Source: Blastocladiella emersonii ATCC 22665
Taxonomy: Eukaryota; Fungi; Blastocladiomycota
Reading direction: 5' to 3'
DNA length: 64,000 nucleotides
NCBI GenBank assembly: GCA_025594325.1
Contig: JANHCV010000016.1
Location: 62,001-126,000 of the forward strand
Shown one piece after another: positions 9,910 to 21,810 of this stretch. The position numbers and the translations under genes are program-made. A model generated the notes under the pieces. That model saw only the letters and a list, made by a program, of their open reading frames with translations. It made no database searches and had not been told where the DNA came from. The first letter of the stretch is position 1; each line of letters opens with the position of its first letter.

Positions 9910-11568
9910 ATGGAATCTTTCACCGACTCTGTGCCAGACCGCATCACCAACGCGCTGGCGCGCCCGAGCACCGTCGCCCTGATGGCCGCCGGCATCGCCT
10001 CGGCGTGGCTGCTGCACCGCGCCTCGCGCACCAGCGACGACCGCACGCTCAACGGCCTCCCACTTCCTCCGGAACCCGCGGGCAAGTGGCCGATCCTCGG
10101 ACACCTGCCACTCCTCGGCGCGCACGCGTCCGCGTCGCACAAGCTGATGCAGCGGCTTGCGCGAGAGCACGGGCCCGTGTTCATGCTGACGCTCGGGACC
10201 GAGCGCGCGATCGTGATCTCGAACGAGGCCCTGGCGCGCGAGTCGCTGATCAAGCGCGGCGGCGCGTACGCGGGCCGGTTCCTGACGCGCCTGTGGGCCA
10301 TGGTGTGCGAGAACGGGACGAGCCTGGCCATGGCGCCGTACGGCGACCACTGGCGGTTTACGCGGCGCGTCGCGCACAAGATCCTGACGCCGCTCGCGCT
10401 GTCGTCGCTCGACGCGACGCTCGAGCACGAGGCTGCGCGGTTCCTCGCGCACCTGCGCGCCCACCCGGTGCAGGCAGATGCGACGCCGCTGTTCCAGCGG
10501 TACACGGCCAACGTGATATTCTCCAAGGCGCTCGGGCTCTCGTTCGCGTCGCTCGAAGATCCGACACTTACGACCACCATCGCCTGCGCCAACGACCTGT
10601 TCGAGGCGATCGGCGTCGGCGGCTTCGAAGAGTACCTCGGCAACTCCGGGTGGCTCGCGGCGTGGCCCGGGTCAGCGCTCGTGCGGCTCATTTCGGCGCG
10701 CAAGACGCGCGCCGTCGAGTCGGTCGTCGACCGGTTCTACGTGCGGATCCTGCAGCCGCGGCTCGAGTTCCTCCAGGCGCGGCTGGCGCGCGAGTCGGCG
10801 GCGCAGCGCGCGGCACGCGAGCTGTGCTACGCCGAGGAGCTCATGGTCCAGGGGATGGCGGACCCGGAGGCGGCGATGCCGCTGCAGCGCATCAAGCAGC
10901 TCATGGCGGACCTGCTGATCGCCGGACTCGACACGACGGCGGCCACCATGGCGTGGATCGCCGTGATGCTCGTCAACCACCCGGCCGCGCAGGCCAAGGC
11001 GCACGCCGAGCTCGACGCGCTGCGCGACGCGCACGGCAAGCCGCGGATGCCGGGGCTCGCTGACATGGAATCGCTGCCGTACACGCGGGCCATCATCAAG
11101 GAGGTGCTGCGCGCGATCCCCGTGGGCCCGCTCGGGCTGCCGCGCATGACGACCGAGGACACGGAGGTCGGCGGGTTCGCGGTGCCCCAGGGGACGCAGG
11201 TGATTTATAACATTGTCGACATCCACGAGGACATGTACCCGGGCGCCGGCACCGAGTTCACGCCCGAGCGGTGGCTCGCGGGCGGCAAGGGCGACGGGAA
11301 CGGCAAGGCGAATCTCGAGATCCCCGACGGCCTGTACACGTTCGGCCAGGGCCGGCGGCTGTGCCCCGGGTTCCACCTCGCGTACCGCGAGCTGTTCCTG
11401 GTCACGTCGACGATGCTGGCGGCGTTCGAGCTGCGCAGCGCTGACCCGGACCGGCCGCGGATCAGCATGGACGAGACGTTTGGGCTCACGGTCCTGCCCA
11501 AGCACGGCGTGCCAGTCCAGTTTGTCCCGCGCGGCACGGCGGCGGCCAGCACGGCTTCTGAGGAGTAG
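9910..11568 (+). CDS. Cytochrome P450 (group I/E-class type), intronless
   Basis: N-terminal TM, PPEP..WPILGHL, I-helix AGLDTT, EVLR, PERW, heme motif FGQGRRLCPG. Confidence 0.95.
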   Translation: MESFTDSVPDRITNALARPSTVALMAAGIASAWLLHRASRTSDDRTLNGLPLPPEPAGKWPILGHLPLLGAHASASHKLMQRLAREHGPVFMLTLGTERAIVISNEALARESLIKRGGAYAGRFLTRLWAMVCENGTSLAMAPYGDHWRFTRRVAHKILTPLALSSLDATLEHEAARFLAHLRAHPVQADATPLFQRYTANVIFSKALGLSFASLEDPTLTTTIACANDLFEAIGVGGFEEYLGNSGWLAAWPGSALVRLISARKTRAVESVVDRFYVRILQPRLEFLQARLARESAAQRAARELCYAEELMVQGMADPEAAMPLQRIKQLMADLLIAGLDTTAATMAWIAVMLVNHPAAQAKAHAELDALRDAHGKPRMPGLADMESLPYTRAIIKEVLRAIPVGPLGLPRMTTEDTEVGGFAVPQGTQVIYNIVDIHEDMYPGAGTEFTPERWLAGGKGDGNGKANLEIPDGLYTFGQGRRLCPGFHLAYRELFLVTSTMLAAFELRSADPDRPRISMDETFGLTVLPKHGVPVQFVPRGTAAASTASEE

Positions 11569-12501
11569 TAGGGTTGCATGGGTGACACAATAGATCGTCT
11601 CTTTCTCTGGCCAGGGGCTCAACGCGACGTGACGCGTGTGGCAGCCAGCTCACGCGCACGGTGCAGATCCTCCAACGCGTGCCCGCGTTGCCCTCCACGG
11701 ACGCCCTCTCGATTAGGGGTCCCATCTCACGTCTCAGTCGAGCGCTCGACCAAGAGCATTACAAGTGCAGCAAGTTGTCCGCCGCAGGAACTCATTCGAG
11801 AGCGCGTCGTGACGAGAGCGAGGGCGGTCGGGTCGGGCTCGCGTTTGACCAACGCGTCCATCGGCTTCGTCTTCGCCGTTCGTTCGGCTTGCCGCTCCGC
11901 CATCGCACCGCTCTCTTCTCGATCCGCCCACCGAATCAGACTGGACTGTCCTGCTGCCCGCCCGCTCTCACGCTGCAACGGCCGCGGCTCCACGTCACCG
12001 CGCCCGTCCATCGCCCGCCCGCCCATCGCTCGCTCCAGTTCGCGCCCCGTGCTCCCTTCTTCTCCCTTTCAGCGGACGCTTGGCTCCACGCTTGGCTCCG
12101 TGCTTCCGTGCCCCGTGTGTCACCGCTGCTGCGCCGCCCGCGCCCTCGCCCCCGTGCGCCCGCGGCAGGCTCCTCTTTCCTCACGCGGCGACGCGTTTGG
12201 ACTCGCGCGTGTGCGCTCGCGCTGCCCACCACACCTCACCACTCGGCCCGTCCTCGCTGACCCGACGCCGACGCCGAGTCCACTGCACCTGCCGCCACCG
12301 GCATCTCGTCCCGCCTCGCTGGAGCCATCGCTGCGCCCGTGCTGCGCCGCGCTGCGCGACCATCGCGTCGTGAAAACGACGTCGGCCTCGACGGCCGCTC
12401 TCGCTCCCCTCTCCCCCGCTCCCCTCCATGAATACTTGGATCCGATACGCCGCCGCCATCGACTAGTCGTCCCCATCCGTCATACACCATCCTCCATCAC
12501 C

Positions 12502-15239
12502 ATGATCGGCGCCGCCGCCACCAACCACCGGCGCTCGCCGCCGCGCGACCCGCCATCCTCGGCCGCACCGTCGACCAAGACCGCCGCCGCCGCGTACCCG
12601 CCGCCCGGCCTCGCTGCCGCCGCGTCGCCCGCCGCGCCCGCCACGGCGTCGCCGTCACCGTCGGTGCCCATCCCGCCGCGCCCCGCGTACATGCCGCCGG
12701 TGGTGACGCGGCACGACTCGGTCACGTCGCTCCCGGCGTCCACCACCCCGACCAAGTACGTCCGCCGCGGGTCCGGGTCGCTGCCGTCGCCGCCCGCCCA
12801 CGGCCAGGGCCAGGGCCACGGCCTCACGCCGACCGAGAACAACACGAACAACAACCTCGCCGCCATGTCGTGGGCCACGTCGTTTGCCGCCCTCGCCCCG
12901 CACCTCGACCTCGATGACCTGCGTCTGCCGCACCGCGACCACGACCGTGAGCGCGGCCAGGGCGGCGCCGGCGACGACCACGCCGAGTTCGGGTTCGGCG
13001 ACGACGAGGGCACCGCGACCCCGCCCACGTCGCCCGCGTCGTCGCTCTTCAGCCTCTCCTCCTCCTCATCCCCCTCGCGCGACGATGACGTGGACCCGGC
13101 CGCCGCGGCGCTCGCCGGCATCTCGCTCTCGGCCCCGCCCTCGCCGCGCCCCGAGTCGCCGACCGCCGTCGCCGCCCTTGTCACTGGCTCCAGTCTGCCC
13201 GATGCGTCGACAATGATGGCGCACGCTGCCGCTGCCGGCCCTTCGTCGCTGCGCTACCACCACTACCGGCGCGCGACCTCAACGTCGCCGACCGTCGTCC
13301 ACGACCGCCACGGCAGCACCGCCAGCGACGGCTACGTGTTCCCGCCGCACCTCCACCACCACGTGCGCGCCGAGAGCGATGGGCACAGCAGCGCCGCGGA
13401 CCGTCACGCCGACGACGAGTATGACGCGGCCGACGATGATCACCACGACGAGTCGCCGCCACCACCCGCCATGGCCACGGCGACCGCGCAGCACCAGCAG
13501 CAGGACACGCACCCGACGCCGTCGCTCCCGCCGCAGCAGCTGCAGGAGCTGATCGCCAACGCGACCAACAACGTGTACATCCGCGGCCTGCCCGAGTCCG
13601 CGACGGATGCGTCGCTGCGGGCGCTGTGTGCCGAGTACGGGCCCATCGTCTCGTCCAAGGCGATCCTCGACCTGCGCGCCGGCACCTGCAAGGGGTACGG
13701 GTTCGTCCTGTTCGCGGACCTCACGCACGCGCGCCGCGCCGTCGACGGCATCAACCGCATGCCGCCGCTCGTCGTGCCCGGGACGGGGAGCGCGCACACG
13801 CTCCAGGCGTCCATGGCCCGCGAGTCGTTTGCCGCCAAGCTCAAGATCCTGCAGGACGAGGACTCGGCCAACCTGTACCTGTCGAACCTGCCCCTCGACC
13901 TCGACGAGCGCGCGCTCGAGCAGCTCCTCGCGCCGCACGTCGTCGTCTCGGCCCGGATCCTGCGTGGGCCGAACCAGGTCAGCCGCGGCGTCGGGTTCGC
14001 GCGGTACGCTTCACACTCCCTCGCACTCGCTCAACTCGGCCGCCCACTGACCTTATGCCGTGTAGGATGGCCGACCGCGACGCAGCCTTCGCCGTGATCG
14101 CCAGCCTCAACCGCGCCGTGATCCCGGGCTGCACGCACCCGCTGCAGGTCCGTTTCGCCGACTCGCCCGCGCAGAAGCGACTCAAGAGCACCTGCCTCCC
14201 GCCCCCGCCCCCGCCGCCCCCGTCCGCACGCACCGCGGCGTCGTCGGTCGCGTCCACGTCGCCCTCGGTCGACGGCGGCGGGGGTAGCGAGCGCCGACCG
14301 TTCTTCCGCCGCCACTCGGGCTCGCTCGCGTCCTCGCCGCCCGTCGCCGGCAGTGGCCGGGGCCGCGACGGTACCTTGCCCCCGGGTAGCACCGGGTTCT
14401 CGGCAGCGGGGTCGCGGCGCGGGACGTGGGGCCCGCGGTCGCCCAACACCAACAACCACGGCTTCCACCACCGGCGGCAGCCGCACGCCGCGGCGGTGGC
14501 GACGCGTCCACAGGCCATCAACACGGCGACGACGGGCACCTCGCCCACGGCACCGACGCTCCCCGTCCCGCCACCCGTCCCCGTGCCCATCCTCCCGCCC
14601 CACCCGCACGCCCATCCGCACGCGCACGGGATCCCGGTCCCGTACGGGTACACGCTGGTCCCGATCGCCGCGGCGCCCGCGAGTGGCGGTGACGCGACCG
14701 ACGACAAGATGGCGATGCAGCAGCAGCCCGGGATCATCTACTACGCCGCGGCGCCCATGCCGCACCCGCCGAACGGGACCCCCGCCGGCACCGTCGCCGG
14801 CGCACCACCGGGCCCCGGGTTCGTGTACTACATCCCGGCACCCGTCCCCGTCCCCGCGCCCGTGTCTGCGGCGGCAGCGGCGGGAGGACCGCGGTCGTCG
14901 CCTCCACCACCACCAGCGGTGCCCATCGCGATCCCCGTCCCCGAGGCCGCGGTCGTGTACGATCCGACGGCCTCGAGCCCGACGGCCGGCGGCGTGTACC
15001 ACCCAAGCGGCGCCACGGGAGCGGCGTCGTGGGAGCCCATGACCGCGGCAGCGGCGACGGGACCGCCAGGCGCGCAGTTCTACTCGGCGCCGACGGCGGG
15101 GTACTTTGCACCTCCGCCGGGGTTCCACGCGCCCCCACCGCCGCAGTCGGATCCAACCGGCGATTCAGTGGGCCAGCAGCAGCAGCAGCAGCAGCAGTAC
15201 CGCGGCGACGCGCGCGCGCGAGACCGTGGGCAGTGGTGA
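12502..15239 (+). CDS. RBMS1: RBMS/MSSP-family double-RRM RNA-binding protein (intron 14004-14065)
   Basis: NVYIRGLP...YGPIVSSKAILD...CKGYGFV and NLYLSNLPL...SARILR...SRGVGFARM...LQVRFAD match RBMS1-type RRMs. Splicing GTACGC..TAG joins the two ORFs in frame. Confidence 0.85.
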
Positions 15240-15331
15240 GTGAGCCGGGAGGGCGGGCGGCGAGGATGGCCGCGAGAAGGCGGTGTGATGGGTGGCAGTG
15301 GCGGAGGGGGTTGTACATACGAATCTCGTTT

Positions 15332-15600
15332 TTCTCCTCTATGACTCGCGAGCGAAGGATGGTGGTCGAAGCGGACGGACTTGCAGCGGTCGCGACCGCA
15401 AGGACGGATCGGTGGCGGTCGCGGCCGTGGTCATATTATATAGCGACCGCGACAGTGGCCATCGACCACGGCCACCCACCACGGCCACCGACCACGCACA
15501 GCGTTCTCTATGACTCGCGAGTGGAGGATAAGTGGTCGAAGCTGACGGATCCAGCGCGGTCGCGACCATCGTGACCGCGACGGTGGCCATCGACCACATT
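15332..15600. repeat. Imperfect direct repeat (about 170-nt spacing) with GGTCGCGACC palindromes
   Basis: TTCTC(CT)CTATGACTCGCGAG..AGGAT..TGGTCGAAGC.GACGGA...GCGGTCGCGACC occurs near 15332 and 15503. GACCGCGAC.GTGGCCATCGACCAC also occurs twice. Confidence 0.6.
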
Positions 15601-15862
15601 CAGCGCTCGCGACCAGCTCTCAAGTCTTGTTTGTGGCGGGACATGGCTATGTATTTCGCGCGGCGGGGGCAGAGAGGGAGGAGGGAGAGCGGGGGCCGGT
15701 CGGATATCGGATACGATGAATGTGAAAGAGAGACTAGAGGAGAAGGAGGAGAAAGTGAACGGCGACGGAAGCCAGCGACGGCCGCCGCCGCCATAATCGT
15801 GAAAGTAGAGAAAGACCGGCCCACCCCACCACCACTACACCACGCCCGACCCGACCCGGGCC

Positions 15863-18620
15863 TCACACGCTGGTCCAGTCATTCCACGGCGCCCGGCCGT
15901 GCGCCGCGACCCACTGCGCGTACGGCGAGCCGCCGCCGAACCCCTCGAACCGCCGGAACCCGGGCAGGCAGTGCACGAGCGGGCCCGCCATGCTAGCCGG
16001 GAGCGCCTCGGGCGACGCTGGCGCCGATGCAGCAACCGGTGCCCCGACCCCACGCCGCGCGCGCTCGCGCCGGTTCTCGCGGCGCCGCCGGAACACGGCG
16101 AAACAATGCGCGAGCTTGACATGCCGCATGCACGCCGCCTCGCGGTCCGCGTCCATGCACGCGCACGGCCGGCGGCGCGGGAACGGCGTGATCGCGGCGG
16201 CGCTGTTGTCGCCGCCCGCGCCCTCATCGCGCGCGCGGCCGCCCTGCAGCAGCGGCCGGTCCGTGAGCGGCGGGAGCGCGAGGACCGCGTCGAGCTTGTC
16301 GGCTGCCGCCGCGTACGCGAGCATCGGCACGACGTGCGCGCACTCGGCGGCCACAGCGCGCAGCGCGACGACCGGGTCGCGCGTACCTTCGAGGACGCGA
16401 AGCGCCGCCACGAGATGCCGCGAGAACCCGCGCGCCTTGCACGCGGCCCAGAACACGGGCGACCGCGGGTCGGGCGCCGCCGCGCACACGAGCGGCGCGA
16501 CCACGTCGCGCAGGAGCGCGCGGTGCAGGAGCTGCGGCGCGTGCGTTGCGCCCGGCCGCCCGCCGCTGCGCGTCCACATGCGCCGGATCGCGAACGCCAC
16601 GCCGTTTCCAGTCGCCGAGGGCACCTGGACCACGTCCATGTGCGCGCGGGTGCGCGGGTCGCGCACCGCGAGGTCGCGGAGGTACGGCGCGAGGTCGCGC
16701 AGGACGGCCCACACGACGCGCTCGGTCGCGGGCTCCCAGCTCGGCCCGTGCTCGCGGTCGTCGACGGGCTCGCCGTGCCACTGCCGCAGCTGCGCGGGCG
16801 TCGCGTCGTACAGGCGCGTCACGTGCAGGACCGCGTGCGGGCGCACGCGCGTGAGGCCGACCGTCGCGAGCAGCGCGCGCGCGGCCGCGGGGTTCGAGGT
16901 GGACGCCGACGGGACCTTCGCCCACGCGACCGCGTCGGCCCAGCTCGTCGCCGGCTCGTAGTGCGCGACGAGGTCGCGGCCCGTCTCCATGTCGCGCACG
17001 TGGAACACCTGGCGCGCGTCGCCCGCGCCGCCCTCGACGCGCGAGAAGGGCGCGTACCGGCGCATCCACGCGTACTGCTTGCTCGCCGAGTCCGGGTCCG
17101 TGGCCGCGATCCAGTCCTCGACCAGCTCGGCCACGTGCGCGCGGATCACCGGCCACGCGGACGCGTCGACCGCGTAGTACTCGGCGGGGAACTTGGGCAG
17201 GCACGACGGCGCGGGGGCAGCAGCGGCGGCGGTGGGTTCGGCAAAGGTCACCTCGAGCTGCTGCGCTTTGACGAGCGCGCGCACCGAGTCGCGGATCTGC
17301 GCGACGACTGAGCGCGGCGGCACGGAGGGCGCGGTCGGAACAGCGGGAGCGGGCACGGGCGGGAGCGTCGCGGCGACCATGCGCTCCTTGCCGGCATCAA
17401 AGTCGAACAGGTCGGCCGACGACAGGTGGCGCAGCAGCGCTGCGTCGCACGGCGTCGAACACGTCTTGCGGGGCTCGAGGAGGATGGCCGACGCGTTGGG
17501 CGTGGCGGGCACATCGGCGGCGGCCGAAGTCGCAGAAGGCGGCGTCGACGCGTCGCAGCACGGCGCGGCCGCCGGGAGCAGGTGGATCGCGGCGAACTTG
17601 GACGAGTCCGACGACCGGCGCGACAGGAGCGCGGGCGGGACGTGCGCGGCGGGTGCGAGCATGGCCGCGTCGGTGACGGGGATCGGCGGCGGGCGCGCGC
17701 CCGCAAAGTCGATCACGTCGAGCATGATGTCGAGGTCCGACTCGAACGTGGGCGACGACAGCGGCGACGGCGCCGGCGACACGCGCGGCGACGCGCGCTT
17801 GGCCAGGGCCGAAGACGCACCTGCACCGGTAACCGAGTCGACGTCGTCGTCGAGGAAGCCCGAGTCCATGCGCTCGAACGTGTCCTCGACAAAGTCGGCG
17901 GGCACGGCGCGCGGGGTGGACGAGGCGGAGCCGGACGACCGCTTCTTACCCTTGGCCTTGCCCTTGAGCGCGCGCACGCGGAACGAGGCGTCGCGCGGGC
18001 GAGCGAGCACGGCGGCGCGGGTGCGGCGCGACCGGATCCAGCGCAGGGCGAGCAGGGCCGGGACCACGACGAGCAGGGCGAGCAGCGGGGCGGCCACGAA
18101 CTGCAGGTGCTCGCGCGGGATCACGGCGGCGAGGCCGAGACGCGCGTGGAGCGTCGACGCGAGGGACATGACCGGGGATGTGAGGGAGGCGGCGGGCACG
18201 GTGGTGGGGCGGACGGGCTGGGCCTAGCGTGGAGCGGGGTGTGAGGTGTGAGTGTGGGATGGGATGGGTGAGACCGCGGGCGGCGACGACGACGTACCTC
18301 GACACGGCTACTAATGGTGTCGGGCTCGGCAACAACGTCCTCCCACGCGTACGCAGCGGCCGCGACGGGCGCCGCGGCGGCCGACACGATCACGTCTTCG
18401 GCGGTCCACGCGTCCTTCCACGCCACGCCGGTCGTCGTCGACGCGGCCTCGCCGGGGCTACATGGGCAACGGTAAGCAACCTGCACGTCCGAGACGGTGC
18501 CCCAAAACCGTACCGAGCAATCGCATCAGCACGCAGCGCATGCGCGTCCGCGGCCGCCGACGCGAACCCGGCGAAGAGCAGCACGGCGGCGGCGAGCGCC
18601 CACAGCGCCAGCGAGATCAT
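15863..18620 (-). CDS. Type I membrane protein (signal peptide, short ectodomain, TM, cytoplasmic pseudokinase-like region), 3 exons
   Basis: Exons 18620-18514, 18457-18298 and 18223-15863 join in frame via GT-AG introns (phase 2, then phase 0). Exon 1 is MISLALWALAAAVLLFAGFASAAA, and the TM is FVAAPLLALLVVVPALLAL followed by RWIRSRR. An alternative ATG lies at 18674. Confidence 0.65.
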
Positions 18621-19137
18621 CGACACGGGCGCGGCCGAGACAGCAGCAACGGCGCGACGGCGGTGCGTCGGCATCGCCTTGGCGTCGGCAGCCGAGACGT
18701 TGGCGGCGCGGGAGCTAAGCGGGCGAGTCGCGACAGAGGCAGCGGCGGCGTCAGAGGGGTATACATGGCGGGCGCGTTGACTCGGGTGGCAATGCATGGA
18801 GAGGCGAGCGGGTTGCGTGGGGATGGCCATGGGTCGCGCTCGGGGCGAGGGGGGAAGGAGCGGGGATGGCGGCGAGACGCGTGCGCGGGTGAGCGGCGCG
18901 TGTGTGGGGCGGACTGCAGTGATTCACAACCCAGCGGCGCGACGCGCGCGGGCGGCCCACGCGTTCCCAGGCCGGGGAGAAATCACGGTGCGGCGCACTG
19001 GATTTCACCCGAGACACGCGCGCACGCGGAAGGAGACGAAGGGAAAGAGAAAAACAAGCGCGAGGGGAGGGAGCGATCGGTTGCGGCCGTACCTCGGCTC
19101 AGCGGGCGAGCTGCGCATGCTTGTCGGCGTCGGCGTG

Positions 19138-19209
<72 letters not shown>
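19138..19209. repeat. (GTCATC)12 microsatellite
   Basis: Twelve perfect hexamer units seen directly. Confidence 0.95.
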
Positions 19210-20595
19210 AGAGTGGGGGGAGTGCAGGGAAGGGGCCAGCAGGAGCGACTTCCTAGCACGACAGCCGATCCATCACTGACAGGTCAGGAGATGGAGTGTG
19301 TTGCGGTGCGGGGTGTGTGTGCGGGTCGGTAGCTGCCAGATGCTTCCGAGGGAGAGAGAGAAGGGATGAGCTCTCCGTCAGCGGATGCGGGGGGTGGGAG
19401 GGGCAGCAGCGGGTGACGACACGACGACGACGCGACAGCAACAACAGGCGGGGCTGCGGGCGGGTGCGGCGGGCGACGGGCGACGGCGGCGGCGGCGGCG
19501 GGCGAGGACGACGACGGCGGCGGCGACACTGCGGCACGGGCACGGGCGCAGCACGGGAGAGGAAGGCGCGGCCTGATTGCGGCTTTATGGGCCCGCCCGC
19601 AATCTCTCACGGGCGACGCGCGGTGGGCGGCGCGAGCGGGATACACGAAAACGCGCGCGTGTGTGTCGCGCGTGTCACGCCGCCGCGGGCTTGACGCCGA
19701 GTGACACGGGGGCGCGGAACGCGTCGCGCCGCGGCGTGCGGGACGGGAGCGAGCGGGCGGGCGACGGCCGGGCGAGGGAGGGAGGGAGCGAGGGAGCGGT
19801 GGGTGGCGTGGCGTCGGCGGTGGCGGCGGCGTGTGGCGTTTTGTCGCGCTCTCGGTCGTGTATCGCGTCTCTTTCGGAAGTCGCCGCAACGAGGGGGCCC
19901 GACGCGCGCGCGCGGGACACAAGCGCGGAGGGGCCGAGAGGAGCACGCTGACGAGGGGTCTCCCCGCCCGGTCCACTCGCTCTCAATGATTCGCGAGACA
20001 CTTAACTCAAACTTGTTTTCAGCCAGCCGACTCGCGGTCGAGACCTTCCCGCCGCGGGCTACAGCAAGTGACAAGCACAACAGTGCACAGCCGCGCCGCC
20101 GCCCGCCCGGGAGGCGCGCAACAGCAAGAGGGCCGCATCGCGCACTCGCCGGCTGCGCGGACCCGATCGCTCTCCCGCGTGCAAACGGGCGTGGGGATTG
20201 TGGGCGGGGATGTGTGATCGGGCCCGGCCCGGTTCCCATCGTGCTTGTTCTTCCGCGAGCTGCGCCGCACCGCACCGCGCATCATGAAACGATCGACGCG
20301 CGAAAGTGGAGCTGGGAATTCGGGCCCGCGGCAAGCCACTGCGAGACGCGCCGCGCCACGCGGCCCGCGCACGTGATTGTGGCTGTTTCCGTCGTCGCGT
20401 CACTGCCCCGCGCGCGAGACGTCTCGCTCTCTCCCTGCAGGCCCCGTCTCACCTCCCCCTTTGGCGACGCGACTTGGTGCAAGCGCGCGCTCCGTACTTC
20501 CGTTATCCGGGCCCTCCACGCACACGCGTCTCCCGCCCGCGGCGTGATAAGCGATCATCGCGACCCGGCTAAACCCGCTGCTGCCCACCTTCACG

Positions 20596-21013
20596 ATGAG
20601 CTCGTCGAGCGGCTCGAAAGAGCATCTGCGACCGGTGCGTGTTCAGCTTGATGCCTCCCTCGTCCCATACCACGAGACTCATTCCTTGGGAATAGGAGAC
20701 GATCCACGAGGTGTTCAAGACGCAGTGGCCGGCCGGCCAGCAGCCCAAGAGTACGCCTCCGCCCACGTTCGGTCGAGAATAGAGCGCGAGCGCTGCTAAC
20801 TCGGCCCGAATAGTCACCAAGGAGGCGCTCGAGATGGTGGGCGAGATGGTACGGCTGTTCACGACCGAGGCCATCCATCGCAGCGCGACCATCAGCGTGG
20901 CCCGCGCGCGGCGCGAGCAAAAGTTCCAGACGGCGCTGGCCGCGACCAAGCCTGAGCTCTCGATCCAGGACCTCGAGGTGATCCTGCCGCAGCTGCTGCT
21001 CGATTTCTCGTGA
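20596..21013 (+). CDS. MHF2: CENP-X / MHF2 histone-fold protein, 3 exons (20596-20634, 20696-20750, 20814-21013)
   Basis: Spliced product is MSSSSGSKEHLRPETIHEVFK...ITKEALEMVGEMVRLFTTEAIHRSA...LSIQDLEVILPQLLLDFS. The LF..EA..R motif and terminal PQLLLDF are typical of CENP-X. Confidence 0.85.
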
Positions 21014-21116
21014 GCGGGTGAGTGAGTGAATCATATCCATTCAATGTATATTCAGCGGTTTCTTCTGGGCGCGGGATCGGGTATGTGCTTGGGCGGCGCT
21101 TGGTCGAGGGGAGGAA

Positions 21117-21810
21117 CTAGAAGCCGCGGTCGGCGTCGTGCGCGCTCCGGTTCTGCTGCCCCATGTACCAGTAGACGGCGAGGAACACGACGGCGATCCA
21201 GATGAGCACGTTGTTGTTGGTGGCGTCGGCGCTACCACCACGACTTGCGGCTGTGGTGGGCGCACTGCCAGCGGAAGCAGCAGCAGGGGATGCACCGGAC
21301 CGGGACGCCGAGGGGGCGGCAGCGGCAGCGGCAGACGACGAGGCGTTAAAATCGCGCGTGGTAGGGGACGTTGGCGACGCGACGCGGTCGCCCGACCCGA
21401 GCGTGCGGCCGACGCCCTCGAAGGCGGCCGGAGTGGCGAGCTGGCGCACCGTCGACTCGAGCTTGCCGATCTGTGAGCGGTGGGAGAGGGTGAGCGGACG
21501 GGGACGCGTGAGACGGGAAGGGGGTTGGACGAACGTTGGCACCCACGACCGTGTCGAGCACCTTGCCGGCCTTGAACAGCTTGAAGGTGGGCATGGCCGT
21601 GACGCCGTACTCGCGCGCCACGTCGTTCATGTTGTCGACGTTGACCTTGTAGAAGCCGACGCCCGGGTACTGCGCGGCCAGGGCCTCGTAGCGCGGGGCA
21701 ATGGCCTTGCACGGGCCGCACCACACGGCGTAGAAGTCGACGACGGTCAGCTTGGGCTGCGCAATGGCGCGCTTGAACTCGGGCGACGACTCGAGGAGCG
21801 TGACGGGCAT
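21117..21810 (-). CDS. Thioredoxin (WCGPC) with SHP-box-like motif and C-terminal TM, 2 exons (intron 21471-21534)
   Basis: VVDFYAVWCGPCKAIAP...AMPTFKLFKAG...VVGAN, then FEGVGRTLG, a low-complexity linker and the hydrophobic tail VLIWIAVVFLAVYWYM. Confidence 0.88.

Noticed and set aside
11578-12501. 308-codon upstream extension of the RRM ORF
   Set aside because: Begins 10 nt after the P450 stop and looks like promoter or UTR sequence. ATG 12502 is the more plausible start.
18796-19332. ORFs with VIVIVI, MTMTMT or HRHRHR runs
   Set aside because: By-products of the (GTCATC)12 microsatellite. The flanks are not protein-like.
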